The notes: generated from the sequence alone by a model not told the origin. A stretch of 52,705 bases of DNA, filler included, from Streblomastix strix (GCA_008636045.1; 3 parts of 3 records of this genome joined end to end with filler, not necessarily neighbours in it); one strand, 5' to 3'. Positions 12,639 to 26,110 are shown, numbered from the whole stretch's first letter. Numbers and translations: made by a program.

Positions 12639-13917
12639 TCATTTTTTCTTTTGGGCATCATAAGTTGCTTTACGCTTCTCTTAGATCCTGGTAGCAAGGG
12701 CCTGAGAATTCTTCTAAATAATTAAAATAAGTTTTATTAAATGGATATAAACAAAATAGTAATACCAGAGTATCCTTTTCTTATCTAGCACGGAGTTCTT
12801 CAAGTTGCTTCAACAAATCACTTTCCATCTTCTTAAGACGTACAACACGACCATGAGCCTTTTCTACAGTGAGTTTAGTTAATTGAGATGCTTTCACTCC
12901 ACTTATTGAGGTTGATACTCCAGATATGTTGATTGGATCACTTTTCTATGATGGATCACTTTTCTATGATAAAGAAGAAGAAGATGATGATTCAATTATT
13001 CCAGTAATTCTTTCTTTAGAATCTTTCTCATTCTCTTTCTATGGTGGAGGCTGGAATTAAAGATTTTAATTTAATGCATCTTTTGCTGTATCACTTAAAG
13101 ATTAATTCTATTCTGATAATTTTTAATATGGAGCAATAGTTGATGATGATGATACTCCATCTTTTGATTTATAAGGAGCATCTTTAATTGGATTAATTTC
13201 TGATTGTGTCTTATAAGGAGCTTAAATTTCTTGTTTAATATCAGAAGATTCTTTATATGGAATTTATTATGCTTTTTTATCTTTAGACATTTCATTATAT
13301 GGAGCAGGAATTGCTGATTTAAGTTATGATGCTTATATTGGATCTTGAGGCATAAAATCTTCTCTTTCTTTTACGCGCTTCTCCATTTCCATACTCAGGC
13401 AAATAGCCAAACGTAATTCAGCAAGTTCCAGATTCTATGCAGACTCCTATTTCTAATTAGGAGTTATTGTCTTATATTTGAAATATAATAACATATATGA
13501 ATGAATAAATATTAAACAAACTGAGTTATGCTGCATCTTAGAGTGCAATTGGCGTTGATTATAAAACTCATTCATCAACCTGAATACATCAAACTGTTCA
13601 GCTGAAAGGAACTCGGATACCATCCTTATATCTTACGATAATTCTTCACTCTATAAAAGGAAGTCCCATGTAGGTCGAAGCTATTCACGTGGCATCCCAA
13701 GGTCTTGGAATAATCATGTTATCTCAGAATTGTAGAGTGCTGAATATTAATCGAATATTTCTGCCATTCGCTTATCATTGTCTGTTGAAGCACAAAATTC
13801 AGCACAGTGGGTCTCAAGAAAGTTTGAGATTTTTGTTTTGAAATCTTCACTTTGTACAAAAGATAACACAGCATCGAGTACCCAAATTGTGTCTTCATCA
13901 TCTTTTCCTCTACTCAT
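12639..13917 (-). CDS. CFAP36: CFAP36-like protein (right-arm copy), internal TGA at 13714-13716
   Basis: Reverse complement of 3602-4880. Confidence 0.78.
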
Positions 13918-14097
13918 TTTTTTCTTTTCTGCCTACAGTTATGCCATTCGTTCTGATGCACTGCGGTTCAAAAATTTTGATTTACGATAAACACAAATTA
14001 ATAAATAAGTAATTCTTCAAATAATTAATATTTATATAATTCAAAATTGGTCTAGTTATCTTAGCGAGTATGGAAAAAAATTTTGCTGTTCATATAC

Positions 14098-14332
14098 TTT
14101 AATTCACTGACCTTACGGCCAGTGAATTAAAATCAGAATCAACCTGTCCAAAGAGGGGGTCAAGGGGGGCGAAGCCCCCTTGGTAGGGTGTTTGGGGGTC
14201 GAAGTCCCCCTTGGTAGGGTGTTTGCGGGGCAACAGCCCCCCAAGCGAGGGTCTGGGGCAGCTGCCCCAGACAGGGAGTTTGGGGGGGGCGGTAGCCCCC
14301 CAAGCAGGTGTAAAGGGGGCTTAGCCCCCTTT
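14098..14332. repeat. GC-rich hairpin array (right-arm copy)
   Basis: About 30-nt units of AGGGTG-like linker + GGGGGC-loop-GCCCCC; mirror of 3187-3421. Confidence 0.92.
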
Positions 14333-15384
14333 CAAGATAAAAATAAAGGAGCAATGTTCTGTTTTTACAAAAAAAAATAAAATAAAAGTTGTATAAGCAA
14401 TAAACAGTTAGAAAATTTGTAATTTATTTTGGAAATTAAAACTAAAATCACTTATAGTTCAACCTTTAATATTTGAGAATAGAAAATTGTATATATAGTT
14501 AAGTTGTTGATTTAATAAGTATATTCATGTTTTTATTGTACAAAAATATATGTATGAGCTGGAAATCGACAAAAATCAAAAGGGGATCATGTCTAATTTA
14601 AATTTTGTAAATAGTGAACGAAAATTAACCAAATCTTTAAAAAATTAAATTAGCTTTAATAAAATATTATAATTAGTATACAAATAAATGAAATAAAGTG
14701 AAAATGAGCGAAAAAAATTGAGATTAACAAATTGCAGCTAAATAGTTAGTATGAATTTAATTTAATTATCAAAAATAATTATTAATGACAGTTTTATATT
14801 AAATTTAATGTTATAAATGTTTATTAATCAGCAGATATAGGCAAAAAACTGAAAGCTGGTGTATTCTTATTCATCGTGATAAATATTTGATAGAGTGAAT
14901 ATAATATTTAATAGGATGATAGCAAATAATAATTTATAAAAAATTGAAGTGAATAATTTGTAATTTGCGTGAATCTTCTTACTACTTAAAAGAGTGTTTT
15001 GAACACTTTTTTTGGAGAATTTTGCGCTCATATCCCTGTATTTAGAGTTTTTCGAGTTAACAAAAATATTATATATTACAATAAATTCTTAACTATCTAT
15101 TTTCGCAATATGTCTTAAGTGATTCACTTTTTATGCAAAAAAAGAGAAAAATGCACAAAAATCTAAATTTCCAACTAATTTCCCAATAAATCAACTTCAT
15201 TTAATTCTAAATAAATTTCATTTGATATTACATAAAATTATCTCTCAACTGCATATAGTAAAATCTAAAAATTCACACTCCAATATTTTTTCAAAATTAT
15301 TAAAAAATTTAATTTTTGAAATTTACTTTTATATTGATATAATATTTAATTCTATATATTTTTTAATTAAATTTTAGTATCAAA

Positions 15385-17160
15385 ATGGATAATTCACTAC
15401 ACATCCCTTTATGACCAAGGATAGTTGAATAAAAATATAATTAATAATTAAATCGAAATAATCAATGGCTACATTAATCATAATCATCATCAAATTTTAA
15501 TCAATAATTTGATCATAATACTCAATATCAACACGTTTTATAATAAATATCAAATTATTATCAATAAATAGAACTGAATAATCAGAACATACATTAATCA
15601 TAATATTTTTTAAACTATAATCAATTAATAGAACAGATTAATCATTAATTATACTCATAATAATCATCATCAAAATATAATCAATTAACAGAACAAATTA
15701 ATTATTAATTATAACAGTTATAATCATCACCAAAAATAATTAATAATTTGAAGAGATTAACTATTAATTATAATCATAATAATCAATAATTAGAACAAAT
15801 TAATCATTAATTATAATAGTTATAATCATTGTCAAAATATAATCAATTAACAGAACAAATTAATCACTAATTATAATAGTTATAATCATTATCAAAATAT
15901 AATCAATTAACAGAACAAATTAATCATTAATTATAATAGTTATAATCATCACCAAAATATAATCAATTAACAGAACAAATTAATCATTTATTATAATAGT
16001 TATAAACATTTTCAAAATATAATCAATAATTTGAAGAGATTAACTATTAATTATAATCATTGTCAAAATATAATTAATTAACAGAACAAATTAATCATTA
16101 ATTATAATAATCATTGTCCAAATATTATCAATAATTTGAACAGATTAATTATTAATTATAATAGTTATAACCATCATCAAAATATAATAAATTAACAGAA
16201 AAAATTAAACATTAATTAGAACGGAATAATCAAAAAGTCTACATTAGTTATAATCATTATCAAAATGTAATCATTAATTATTATAGTCATAATCTTCATC
16301 AAAGTATATTCAATAATTAGAACAGATTAATCATTAATTATAATAGTTATAATCATCATCAAAATATAATCAATTAACAGAACAAATTAATCATTATTTA
16401 TTATAGTTATAATCATTATCATAATATAATCAATAATTAGAACAGATTAATCATTAATTATAATAGTTATAATCATCACCAAAATATAATCAATTAACAG
16501 AACATATTAATCATTAATTATTATAGTTATAATCATTATCAAAATATAATCAATAATTTGAAGAGATTAATCATTAATTTTAATAGTTATAATCATCATC
16601 AAAATATAATCAATTAACAGAACAGATTAATCATTAATTATTATAGTTATAATCATTATCAAAGTATAATCTTTAATTAGAACAGATTAATCATTAATTA
16701 TAATAGTTATAATCATCATCAAAATATAATCAATAATTTGAAGAGATTAATCATTAATTTTAATAGTTATAATCATCATCAAAATATAATCAATTAACAG
16801 AACAAATTAATCATTAATTGTAATATTTATAATCATCTCCAAAATATAATCAATAATTTGAAGAGATTAATCATTAATTATTATAGTTATAATCATTGTC
16901 AAAATATAATTAATTAACAGAACAAATTAATCTTTTATTAAACTCATAATAATCATTATCAAAGTATAATCTTTAATTAGAACAGATTAATCATTTATTA
17001 TAAAAGTTATAACCATCATCAAAATATAATAAATAATTAGAACAGATTAATCTTTAATTATAGTCATAATAATCATTTTCAAAATATAATCATTAATAAA
17101 AATTGAATACTCAATTGCCTCACGTATAATAATGTATATCAAAATTATATCAATTATCAA
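15385..17160 (+). pseudogene. Gln-rich tandem-repeat protein gene, 20-aa unit SKYNQLTEQINHQLQQLQSS, apparently disrupted
   Basis: ATG 15385 is in frame with the repeat. In-frame TGA 15412-15414, a 1-nt deletion near 15735, and the 3' end is joined to the antisense CFAP36 fragment. Confidence 0.55.
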
Positions 17161-17518
17161 TATTTGAAATCTTCACTTTGTACAAAAGATAAAACCGCGT
17201 CTAAAACCCAAATTGTGTCTTCATCATCTTTTCCTCTACTCATTTTTTTCTTTTCTGCCTACAGTTATGCCATTCGTTCTGATGCACTGCGGTTCATTAA
17301 TTTTGATTTACGATAAACACAAATTAATAAATAAGTAATTCTTCAAATAATTAATATTTATATAATTCAAAATTGGTCTAGTTATCTTAGAGAGTATGGA
17401 AAAAAATTTTGCTGTTCATATACTTTAATTCACTGACCTTACGGCCAGTGAATTAAAATCAGAATCAACCTGTCCAAAGAGGGGGTCAAGGGGGGCGAAG
17501 CCCCCTTGGTAGGGTGTT

Positions 17519-17618
17519 NNNNNNNNNNNNNNNNNNNNNNNNNNNNNNNNNNNNNNNNNNNNTTAATTAATTAANNNNNNNNNNNNNNNNNNNNNNNNNN
17601 NNNNNNNNNNNNNNNNNN
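17519..17618. other. Artificial contig spacer
   Basis: 100 nt of N with central TTAATTAATTAA. Confidence 0.99.
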
Positions 17619-18570
17619 AGGTAATATTAATTGGATGATTTTCGACCTATTTTTGTCAAATTGCCTTCTTTTAGCAGTTATCTTAAAGGTTACATTAAAC
17701 TCTATTCAATATATAATAAAATAAATAAAACGAATTTGATGTTTATTATAAATTATTATTAATATACAAACTGTCATTCCTTCGATTTTCGTTGAAAGGT
17801 CAAACATTCTCTTCTTCTTAATCCTAATATATGTTATAACAGATAAATATATCGATATAAATATGATATTTAAACAATAAAATGGTTTAAATACTTCCTT
17901 TGCACTTGTTCATCCAGGAATTTCGCTGTTTCTTTCAATGATTCCATGCATTTTTCAAGTCCTTCTCGGTTTTAGTGGTCTAGAGGTGTGTGCTTCAATA
18001 TTTCTTTGGTGAGCATGATATATCGAGGTACGCGTTGAATTGGTGTTATTGATAGGGAGTCAAAATTGACAAAAGTTTTGGCTTCCTTCTGTAGGCGGTT
18101 GCTTTCCTCGGTAATCTAAGGAATTTGTGTTATTAGTTTCTGGTACGCCTCGGATGCATATTCTTAAATATTCATGTATCCAGTATAGGTCTTAAATTGC
18201 GGGGCGTAGTTCAATACAATGTCAGAAACTTACGTGTCGACTAAGACCTCATTTCCAAGGCGACTTTCAAGTTCGTTTAAGAACTTTCCGTTAATTTGCA
18301 GGACGACTTCAGCTTGCGAAATTAATTCTTTAAGATTCGGATCGAGATTGGATGCACTATTTTATTTGAAATGTTGTTATATCGGTCCGAGATAAAACTG
18401 TGCGGGAAAACAAGGAAAGAAAAAATATTTTAATTAGAAATTTACACAGTTAAATATATAAAATTACAAACTTAATGAAGTTAATTTATGCATTTGACGT
18501 ATGTTCGCTCAGTCTCTAGAAATTCGCGAATCACGTTTACTCGTGACAGCTACTTCTTATCGTCAGCCAT
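17619..18570 (-). CDS. RhoGEF Dbl-homology (DH) domain protein, 3'-partial
   Basis: MADDKKQLSRVNVIREFLETERTYV...SITPIQRVPRYIMLTKEILKHTPLDH are DH motifs. Several short introns; runs off the contig end. Confidence 0.9.
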
Positions 18571-19048
18571 CTTGAAGGGACATATATTCAAAGATTTATA
18601 TTATTGAAATATAGGTAAAAATTTAAACAAATAGAATTAATTAGGAAATTGTTGTTTTATTCCATATTAATTGAGAAGTATATTTTTCAGATTCCACAAG
18701 TATATAAATCATTTTATACTAAATTTTATATACATTTTGCTTTCAATCATCATATTCCCTAAATATTATCAAGATTTTATAATTCGCAAGTACTAATAAA
18801 ATACAAATTAAATTTTTATTTAGAAATCCAAATTAATCTTGATTTTTAGTTCTAATTATTGTTTAAATATATACAATCTAAATATTTTTACGTTTTAAGC
18901 CAATTTTATTTTAAATATCATAAATTCATTGTCAGCACTCACTGCTAAAATTAAAATATAATAATTAAAAAACTTGATATATTTTATAGGTTGAATTGTA
19001 TTTATTTGCTGTTTAAATTTTTCCTAATTTATTTCATCAGCCTTATTT

Positions 19049-21463
19049 ATGTGTGCTTAGTGCTTTATATCATCAAGGAGCGGTGGAATTGTATTGAGTG
19101 CTGGATAGGATCAATAAAATGAACTTCAAGAGAATCATGTTGGTGCATTAGCTGGTGCATTACTTTTACTATCTTGTTGTGGTCCAAACATGCACATATC
19201 CTCTATTTAAATATAAGAATTGCATATATCACTTCTTTCGTAGAATGATATAATAATTATTGTTTCATCAAAAGATTATGCGAATGAATCCGATCTATCA
19301 ATATTAGCATTATAAATATTCCATGCTTTACAGATATTGCGTCCAATTAGTCTGTTTTAATGCATAGAATCAGTTGAATAATCCCGAAAAGATGGTGTTT
19401 CCTCATATGATGCAATAAGCTCTGCTCGAATAGAAAGAGAAGAAAGCCTATAAGAGATTACAATCAAAGCTAATTAAAGACTTGATTTATTCAGAAGAGA
19501 ATACATTGAACCACTTTTGAGTTAATAATAGAATTATGAGTAATTGTGGTTTGGAGATGTATTAAAACTACTTTAAATTCAGAATAATAAAAAATTCGAA
19601 AGTGATTTTACATGTTTGATACAAATTAATGGAAATATTCTTTGTTGGGGCTGGAGAAAAGACAAATATGAAAACAGTCTCATAAATTACTATTGGGATT
19701 TGGAAATAGAAATAATTCATAAAACAATTAAGGATATAATTGATAAATAAAATTATTTGAAGAAAAATAATTAATTTATTACAAAAAGAATAAAAACAAA
19801 TTATAAGAATGAAAATAATACAAATATTGAATCATCTATAAATTCCAATATTACGAATCCAACTATTATTTGTTTTCAAAGAAAAGGATCAAATTTTGTT
19901 GGAATTTATCCATTAAAACAAATTGAAGCATGCATTATTATTGGATTGAAAATTAATGATGAACAATTAAAGTAAAATTTATTAGAGAATAAAATGAATA
20001 ATATTTAAACTACTGTTATTGTAGAACTTGATGGACAATCAAACGATTTTGATGTTAATGAATTTAGAAATGAATTAAATGATATTCTTATTTCATGTGC
20101 AAACAACATCTCAATTACATTTCCTCATTCAGTTAATGATCCAATATTTGCTTTTATTGGAAGAGATTCTGAAGTTGAATTGAATGAAAGTACAAATGAA
20201 GAAGAAATATCAGATGGAAATGAAGAATAATTAGAATAGAAATATAGATACGATGATAATTATGATAATGAAATATAATCAATAAATTAAGATCAATAAT
20301 AAAAATTAATTTCATAATTATAATCTAATTAATAATTGTAATCATATTAATAATAAGAATTCAATATATTATCACCACCAAGTGTCCCAATAATGACTCC
20401 ATCATCTGTTAGGAGAGGAAAGATTGAAAGAGAATCTGTATTCATGTTATTCAGTCCTTTGAAGCTTCGTGAGATCCAAGAATGATAAAAGAATGAGTTA
20501 TATTAGAATGAATGGTAATCATTGAATTCTTTTAGAAGTTATCAATTAGATACAAATAATACTTATGCTCCAATATAAACGCCAAGACATCTTCCTCCAA
20601 TTGAATACTTAAGTAGTTCTAAAATGAAAGAAACAAACTTCATTAAATAAAGAAAAGATATTGAAATGATTAATTAATATTAATTTTAATAATAATAATA
20701 TCTACCAGTTAAATCTTCTCCAAGTACAATTCGGATACAAAAATCTATTCTTTATTCACCAAATAAGAATATTCACTCTTTATTTGAGTAATCAGCAGAC
20801 AGATCTGATTACTTAATATCCTCGCATAGAAATCTTCCCATTTCATCTTCTTTATCTTATTAACCAAATATGAAACATATTGATTCATAATCTTATATTG
20901 ATAAATATGAGACTCCAATAAAATATTAATCATAATCATCAAATTCATCTCCAAATATTTTTTAATTGGAAAATAATTAAAAGAAAAACATTCCATAATT
21001 TGAAAAATCAGAAAGATAAGAAACATTGAATAATTATAATAATAAATATTAGAAATAACAACCAATAACAATTTCAAAGAAAAAGAAACGAATTGTTTTA
21101 CCAATCAGAATTCCACGAGCATTATATTCTATATCAAAATAAGAAGATAAAACATTGAATAATTCATATCCTTCATATCCAACATTCATTTCAGATTAAA
21201 CTCCTCCTCTTTCAAAAAGAAATGAAGAAATAAAGATTGATTCACTTTTGAATGGAAGAGATTCAATTCATTCGCAACCTCAATTAACTCATATTACATC
21301 GATGTATTCAGAATAAACATCTGATATTGATTAAGAAGAAGAGAAGAAATAAACATTTAAATTAAAAAGTGCAAATTAGATGAATAGACCTCGTCCACGA
21401 ATACCTCAACCAAAACATAAATAAGAAGAATAACACTTTTAATAGAACAAAGATCCAACTTGA
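19049..21463 (+). CDS. Intronless ~804-codon protein with a possible N-terminal longin-like domain and a low-complexity tail; internal TGA at 20483-20485
   Basis: MCAQCFISSRSGGIVLS...HVGALAGALLLLS...LHISLLSQNDIIIIVSS...LALQIFHAL has the pattern of Mon1/Fuzzy/HPS1-type longin domains (by eye). The frame stays open 325 codons past the internal TGA. Confidence 0.65.
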
Positions 21464-21726
21464 ATTGAATAGATGATATTGATAAAGAATAATATTATTG
21501 AATTAATTAATGATATAATTGCTTTACAGGCGCATATTTTATAATAAGTTATTGTTATATAACATTTTTTATATTTTCAATGTTTAAGTTATATTTATTG
21601 AAATAAATAAAATCACTGTTATAGAAAAATATTTAAATTGAGATAAATCATTTACAATTTACGAAAAACTGAAACTAACTTTAACAAACTTGTTATTTTG
21701 GATAGAAGAAATGGTTAATTTAATTT

Positions 21727-21841
21727 GAACTTTGAGTCATTGCACATCACTTGCACATAAATCATAAATTATTTCTTAATTTAACTGGAACTTTGAATCA
21801 TTGCTCATCTCTTGCACTTATATCATAAATTATTTCTTAAT
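21727..21841. repeat. Imperfect two-copy tandem repeat, period about 61 nt
   Basis: gaactttgagtcattgcacatcacttgcacataaatcataaattatttcttaat versus gaactttgaatcattgctcatctcttgcacttatatcataaattatttcttaat. Confidence 0.75.
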
Positions 21842-22173
21842 CATGCAAGTGAAATAGAGATGATAATGCTTAATTAAGTAGAGATTATTTGATAATAATC
21901 TCCTGAGAGATAAAATAAAGATATAAATTAAAGTTGGTGTTGGTTTATGAAGATTTGAATTTGGGTCAGGAAATGAAATTCTTGATTTATAATTTATTGA
22001 AAATATGATGACAGTTGAAGTTCAAGTACAATGTTGTTAAAAAAGTTAAATGCATTGATACATATCAGAATATTGATTGTTAATTTTTAATAAATTAAAG
22101 ATATTTTATTGTTATAAGCTTTTATTGATAATGAATTAAAAATAAAATTAAAATTCATCTTATACTCCAACAG

Positions 22174-25100
22174 TCACTTTGGAATGGTAAAACCTCCAGC
22201 TTCAATATATGTTTTATTTACTGATTTATATATAAAAATAAATAAGAATTTATTATTTCATTTATTTAAATATTTAAATCAAACCTGCATTCAAAGAAAG
22301 ATATTTCAGTGCATTTTTTGCTCTTCCTTTTACCCATGCATCAGAATCATTCAGAAGACTTTTGAGATTATTAATAATTTCTTATCTCATAATTGGATCT
22401 GATATCTCACGAGCTCTGAAGATAAATCCAATGCATAATGCTGATCTATCCCTTGAATATTTGCACCCATTCTTTTGAAACAAAGCAAACATCTTCTTTA
22501 TTCCATCACTTTCTTATATTGTTTCATAATGTGGATGTGGATCTGATTAAGATGTTGTGTTGGAACCTGATAATTGAATGTTGAATATTGAGGCGATTGC
22601 ATATCCAGGAATATGATTATCAGTGTGTTCAAGAAGACGAATTAAACCAGGATATGGTTTCTTTTATAAAAGGAGAAGTTTGATTTCAACATTTGATGGA
22701 TGTGTAAGTTAGAAGAATGCTGATGAATATGTTTCAGTAATTGAATTAAGATCTCTAGTGGTGAAGATTGTCAGCAGTGATTCAACAATTCCAGACGAAA
22801 TAATTCGTTTGCGAAGTTCATTATCATTTCGACCTTCTATTACTGATGAAAGAAGAAGAACATCGGTTTCTTGTCTTTGAGTAACATCTTTCTATTATTC
22901 TTATGTTCCTTCTATTGGTTATTTCAAATCTTATTCAACTCTTTTCAATTCCTATTCATTCAGAATCTCAGATAGGTTTGCTTTGAGATATAATAATTTA
23001 AAAAATAATGATTTTTTTGAATATATTTAATAAATAAAAAATTATACATTAATTTTATCTATTCAAATATTTAAATCATACAAGCATTAATTGAAAGTCC
23101 TTTCAGTCTCAATTTTGCATTATTCTTTGTCCAAATATCAGGATCATTTATCAATGTTTTCAGATGTGATATTATTTCATGTCTCATATTTTCATCAGTA
23201 ATCTCTAGAGCACGAAAGATATGACCAAGACAAATCATTGCAGTGTCTTTATTGTCTTTACTTGCATCAGCTCTGTGAAACAATTCAAAGATCTTATTCA
23301 CTCCATCACATTCTTAGATAGCTTCGAAATGAGGATGTGGTTCTGAATGTGGTGTTGTATCTGGCACAGAATTTAAAATATTCACAATGGAGTCAGTTGC
23401 TCTTTTGACAATAAGTATGTCAGAATGTTTCAAAAGACGAATCAATCCAGGATATGGTTTCTTATTGTAAATGAGCAGTTTTACTTCATCAGTGGAGTTA
23501 AATGTGAGATCAAAGAATGTATTTGAAAATGTTCGAGTGATTGAATTTAGTTCATAATTCTCAAATACATTAATGAACCCTTCAATTACTCCTGATTTAA
23601 TAACTCTTTTTCTTCCATCATCATCTTTTCTATCATTTAAAGCCAATGATAAGAATTTACAATTATTTTCTAATAATTGTAATGCTTCTTTCTTCTAAAT
23701 TTCCGTTCCTTCCAAAGGTTTCATTAAATCTTCTCTAAGTTTCTTTAAAAATTCATCTGGAAGTCGAATCTATTTTATTAATTCATTTAATTTCTTCAGC
23801 TCTTCTTCAGATTTTAATTTTTCTTCAATAGCTATTTAATTTTAATCTTTTTCATTCTCAATCTTTGCTAAAAGTTACATTAAATCCGAGTCAAGAAGTT
23901 CTTCAGCAGAAGGTCGTTTTACAGGATCCTGAAATTTAATAAATAATTAAATTAAAAAAATTATTATTTAATAATATAAAATTATTAATAATTTAATTTT
24001 ATTTAATTTATTATATATATTAAAAGCCATACTACATTTATCATTGATATGAGCATCTCTTTCAATTCACCTTTCACATAATCTGGAACTGCTTTGAATC
24101 TTCCATTATTGATATTTGCCACAGTTTCATCTTATGTTGGACCTTGGAAAGGATGGACACCAGTAAATATTTCTACAACTATTACACCCAATGCCCAAAT
24201 ATCACTGGCTTCTGTCATCCTGAATAAATAAATTAAAATAAATTAAAATAGATTAATTTGATAAAAATATATTTATTCAAAATGCATCTAATAAAATAAA
24301 AATAATTGAAATAATTACAATTTATATTATGATTTTATTATTAATACATACTAATTGAAGTCGATTGCTTCAGGAGGTTGGTAATTTCTATAAATTATAA
24401 AAAAATTAATATAAAGCAAATTATAAATAATGAAAAGCAAAACATGAATATTGAAAAGAAAAACATAAATATAGAAAATATTTTGAGTGTTTATTAAAAT
24501 AACTCTTTATTTAATTGATATGGTTGCATACTATGTTCCAGCTGCATTAACTTCCGATCTGCTCTAAATCATCAAAGCCAAACCAAAGTCGCCTGTTTTT
24601 GCGTTTCCATCTTGATCCAGAAAGATATTCTCAGGTTTAAGATCTCTGAAATTAGTTTTGTTTAAAATTTTTGAAGAAAAAAATTGAATGAATTTATATT
24701 AAATTAAATTTTTATTCACAAACCGATGCACAATCCTAAGTGAATGAAGATGCTTCAATACCATCAAAACTTAGTAGAATATATTGTAGCATTGCTATTT
24801 GTATATAATTAAAAGATTATGAATATCAATTAAATAATAAAAATTATTAAAATACTTCTTTTCTTTGTTTCACTGATTGAGTCTCCATCTTCTTAATCAA
24901 CTCACGCAGATGCCCACCTTCGCAGTATTCCATCACAATGCAGAGATCAACATCGAATGTAAATGATTCAACATATTTTACTGTGTATTTAGATCCAGCT
25001 AATTTAAGCATTTCTACTTCTTAGTCAGCAATTCTTTTATCTTTGTCTTTAAGATACCTCAAACGCTTCATAATCCATAATTTATTGGATAATGCCTTCA

Positions 25101-25263
25101 ACCTCACAACATAAACGCGTCCGAATGCTCCAGTCGTTAAATCATCAATGATTTCATCTAAAGCAAAGTAAATATATTTGGAAGCAAAACAGGAATATTT
25201 TAGTAAAATTAACAAACAGTCTTCGTATGTGTGCGGAGTCAAGCGCTCATGATCATTCATCAT
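22174..25263 (-). CDS. NEK-like Ser/Thr kinase with two C-terminal ARM-like modules
   Basis: TGAFGRVY, IMKRL, CIVMEYCEGG, IVHRDLKPEN, GDFG, YQPPE, SDIWALG, DPVKRPSAEELL across spliced exons. Duplicated module with KKPYPGLIRLL and PHPH. TGA at 22176-22174. Confidence 0.9.
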
Positions 25264-26018
25264 GATAAAAAAACTCTGACTGTTATATCAAAAGAAAAAA
25301 TGAGTAGAAAAATAAATAATTCTAAAGAATATAAAACATAAGAGTGATAGGTATAAGATCATTATATTTTAATAAAAAGTAAAGATAGCAATATAAATAG
25401 TCAATTTTAGAAAGTAAAAATTTAATTCAAAAAAGTAATTAGCGAAATATTGGCGTATTTGCGATGAAAAGGTTCATCTTAATTTTTGTCCTTGGATTTT
25501 ATAAAAATTTGGCTGTATCATATATAAAATTTATGAATTTATTTATTAACGAACAAAAACATGATTATAAAAGATGGTTAACTAAAAGACGTGAAAATTT
25601 AACAAAGTTAAAATATATTGGTTTGTTTTTAAGAAGATCTTTATTTTAGTAAAACAGTATTTTTAAAAATTGAAAATATATAAAATTATTCATTTATTGA
25701 GTTATTAAAACATTTTCTTTTAAAATAATTTCCAAATTTTAAAAAGGCAATTATATTTCATCAAACATTCATAATAATTAAGTTTAAATTCATTATTTAA
25801 ACGCTAATAAATAATATAAATCAAATTATTATAATTTTCATTGTAATGTGCAATCCGAAATTTATTAATATAAAGTTTTCTATCTTTTCTCCTTTCACAT
25901 CAAATTTAAAATAAGCATATATTCTTGAATGAATTCAACAGAAGAAATAAAATGAAATTGACGTTTTAGATAATAAACAATTAAACAATTTGAAAACTAG
26001 AGGATGCATAATAATAAA

Positions 26019-26110
26019 CAACAACTTCGCCTTTATTGAGTGATTGCCATCAACTATTTGAAGTGATTCTTCTGGCCATTCCCCAAACAATGTTTACAAT
26101 GGGGTGGCCA
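26019..26110. repeat. DIRS 3' inverted terminal repeat
   Basis: caacaacttcgcctttattgagtgattgccatc...ctggccattccccaaacaatgtttaca is the reverse complement, with a few mismatches, of 33570-33661. Confidence 0.9.

Larger units (their letters stand above)
1..17518. repeat. Contig-wide inverted duplication: arms 1-8571 and 8948-17518, about 376-nt unique spacer
   Basis: Position i is complementary to 17519-i; every ORF-track entry is mirrored (e.g. 3139..3339- and 14180..14380+). Symmetry breaks near 8558-8571 / 8948-8961. Confidence 0.98.

Noticed and set aside
1..17518. Linear plasmid, virus or giant transposon with terminal inverted repeats
   Set aside because: The arms contain ordinary intron-bearing host genes, no replication or transposase genes, and the centre truncates a gene.
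17563..17574. TTAATTAATTAA motif (also near 35165) and any gene linkage across the N runs
   Set aside because: Synthetic stop linker; the contigs are merely length-sorted (17518, 17502, 17485 nt).
3803..20485. Selenocysteine as the explanation for the internal TGAs
   Set aside because: The positions are not Cys-aligned or in redox motifs, and I could not identify a SECIS-like element by eye.
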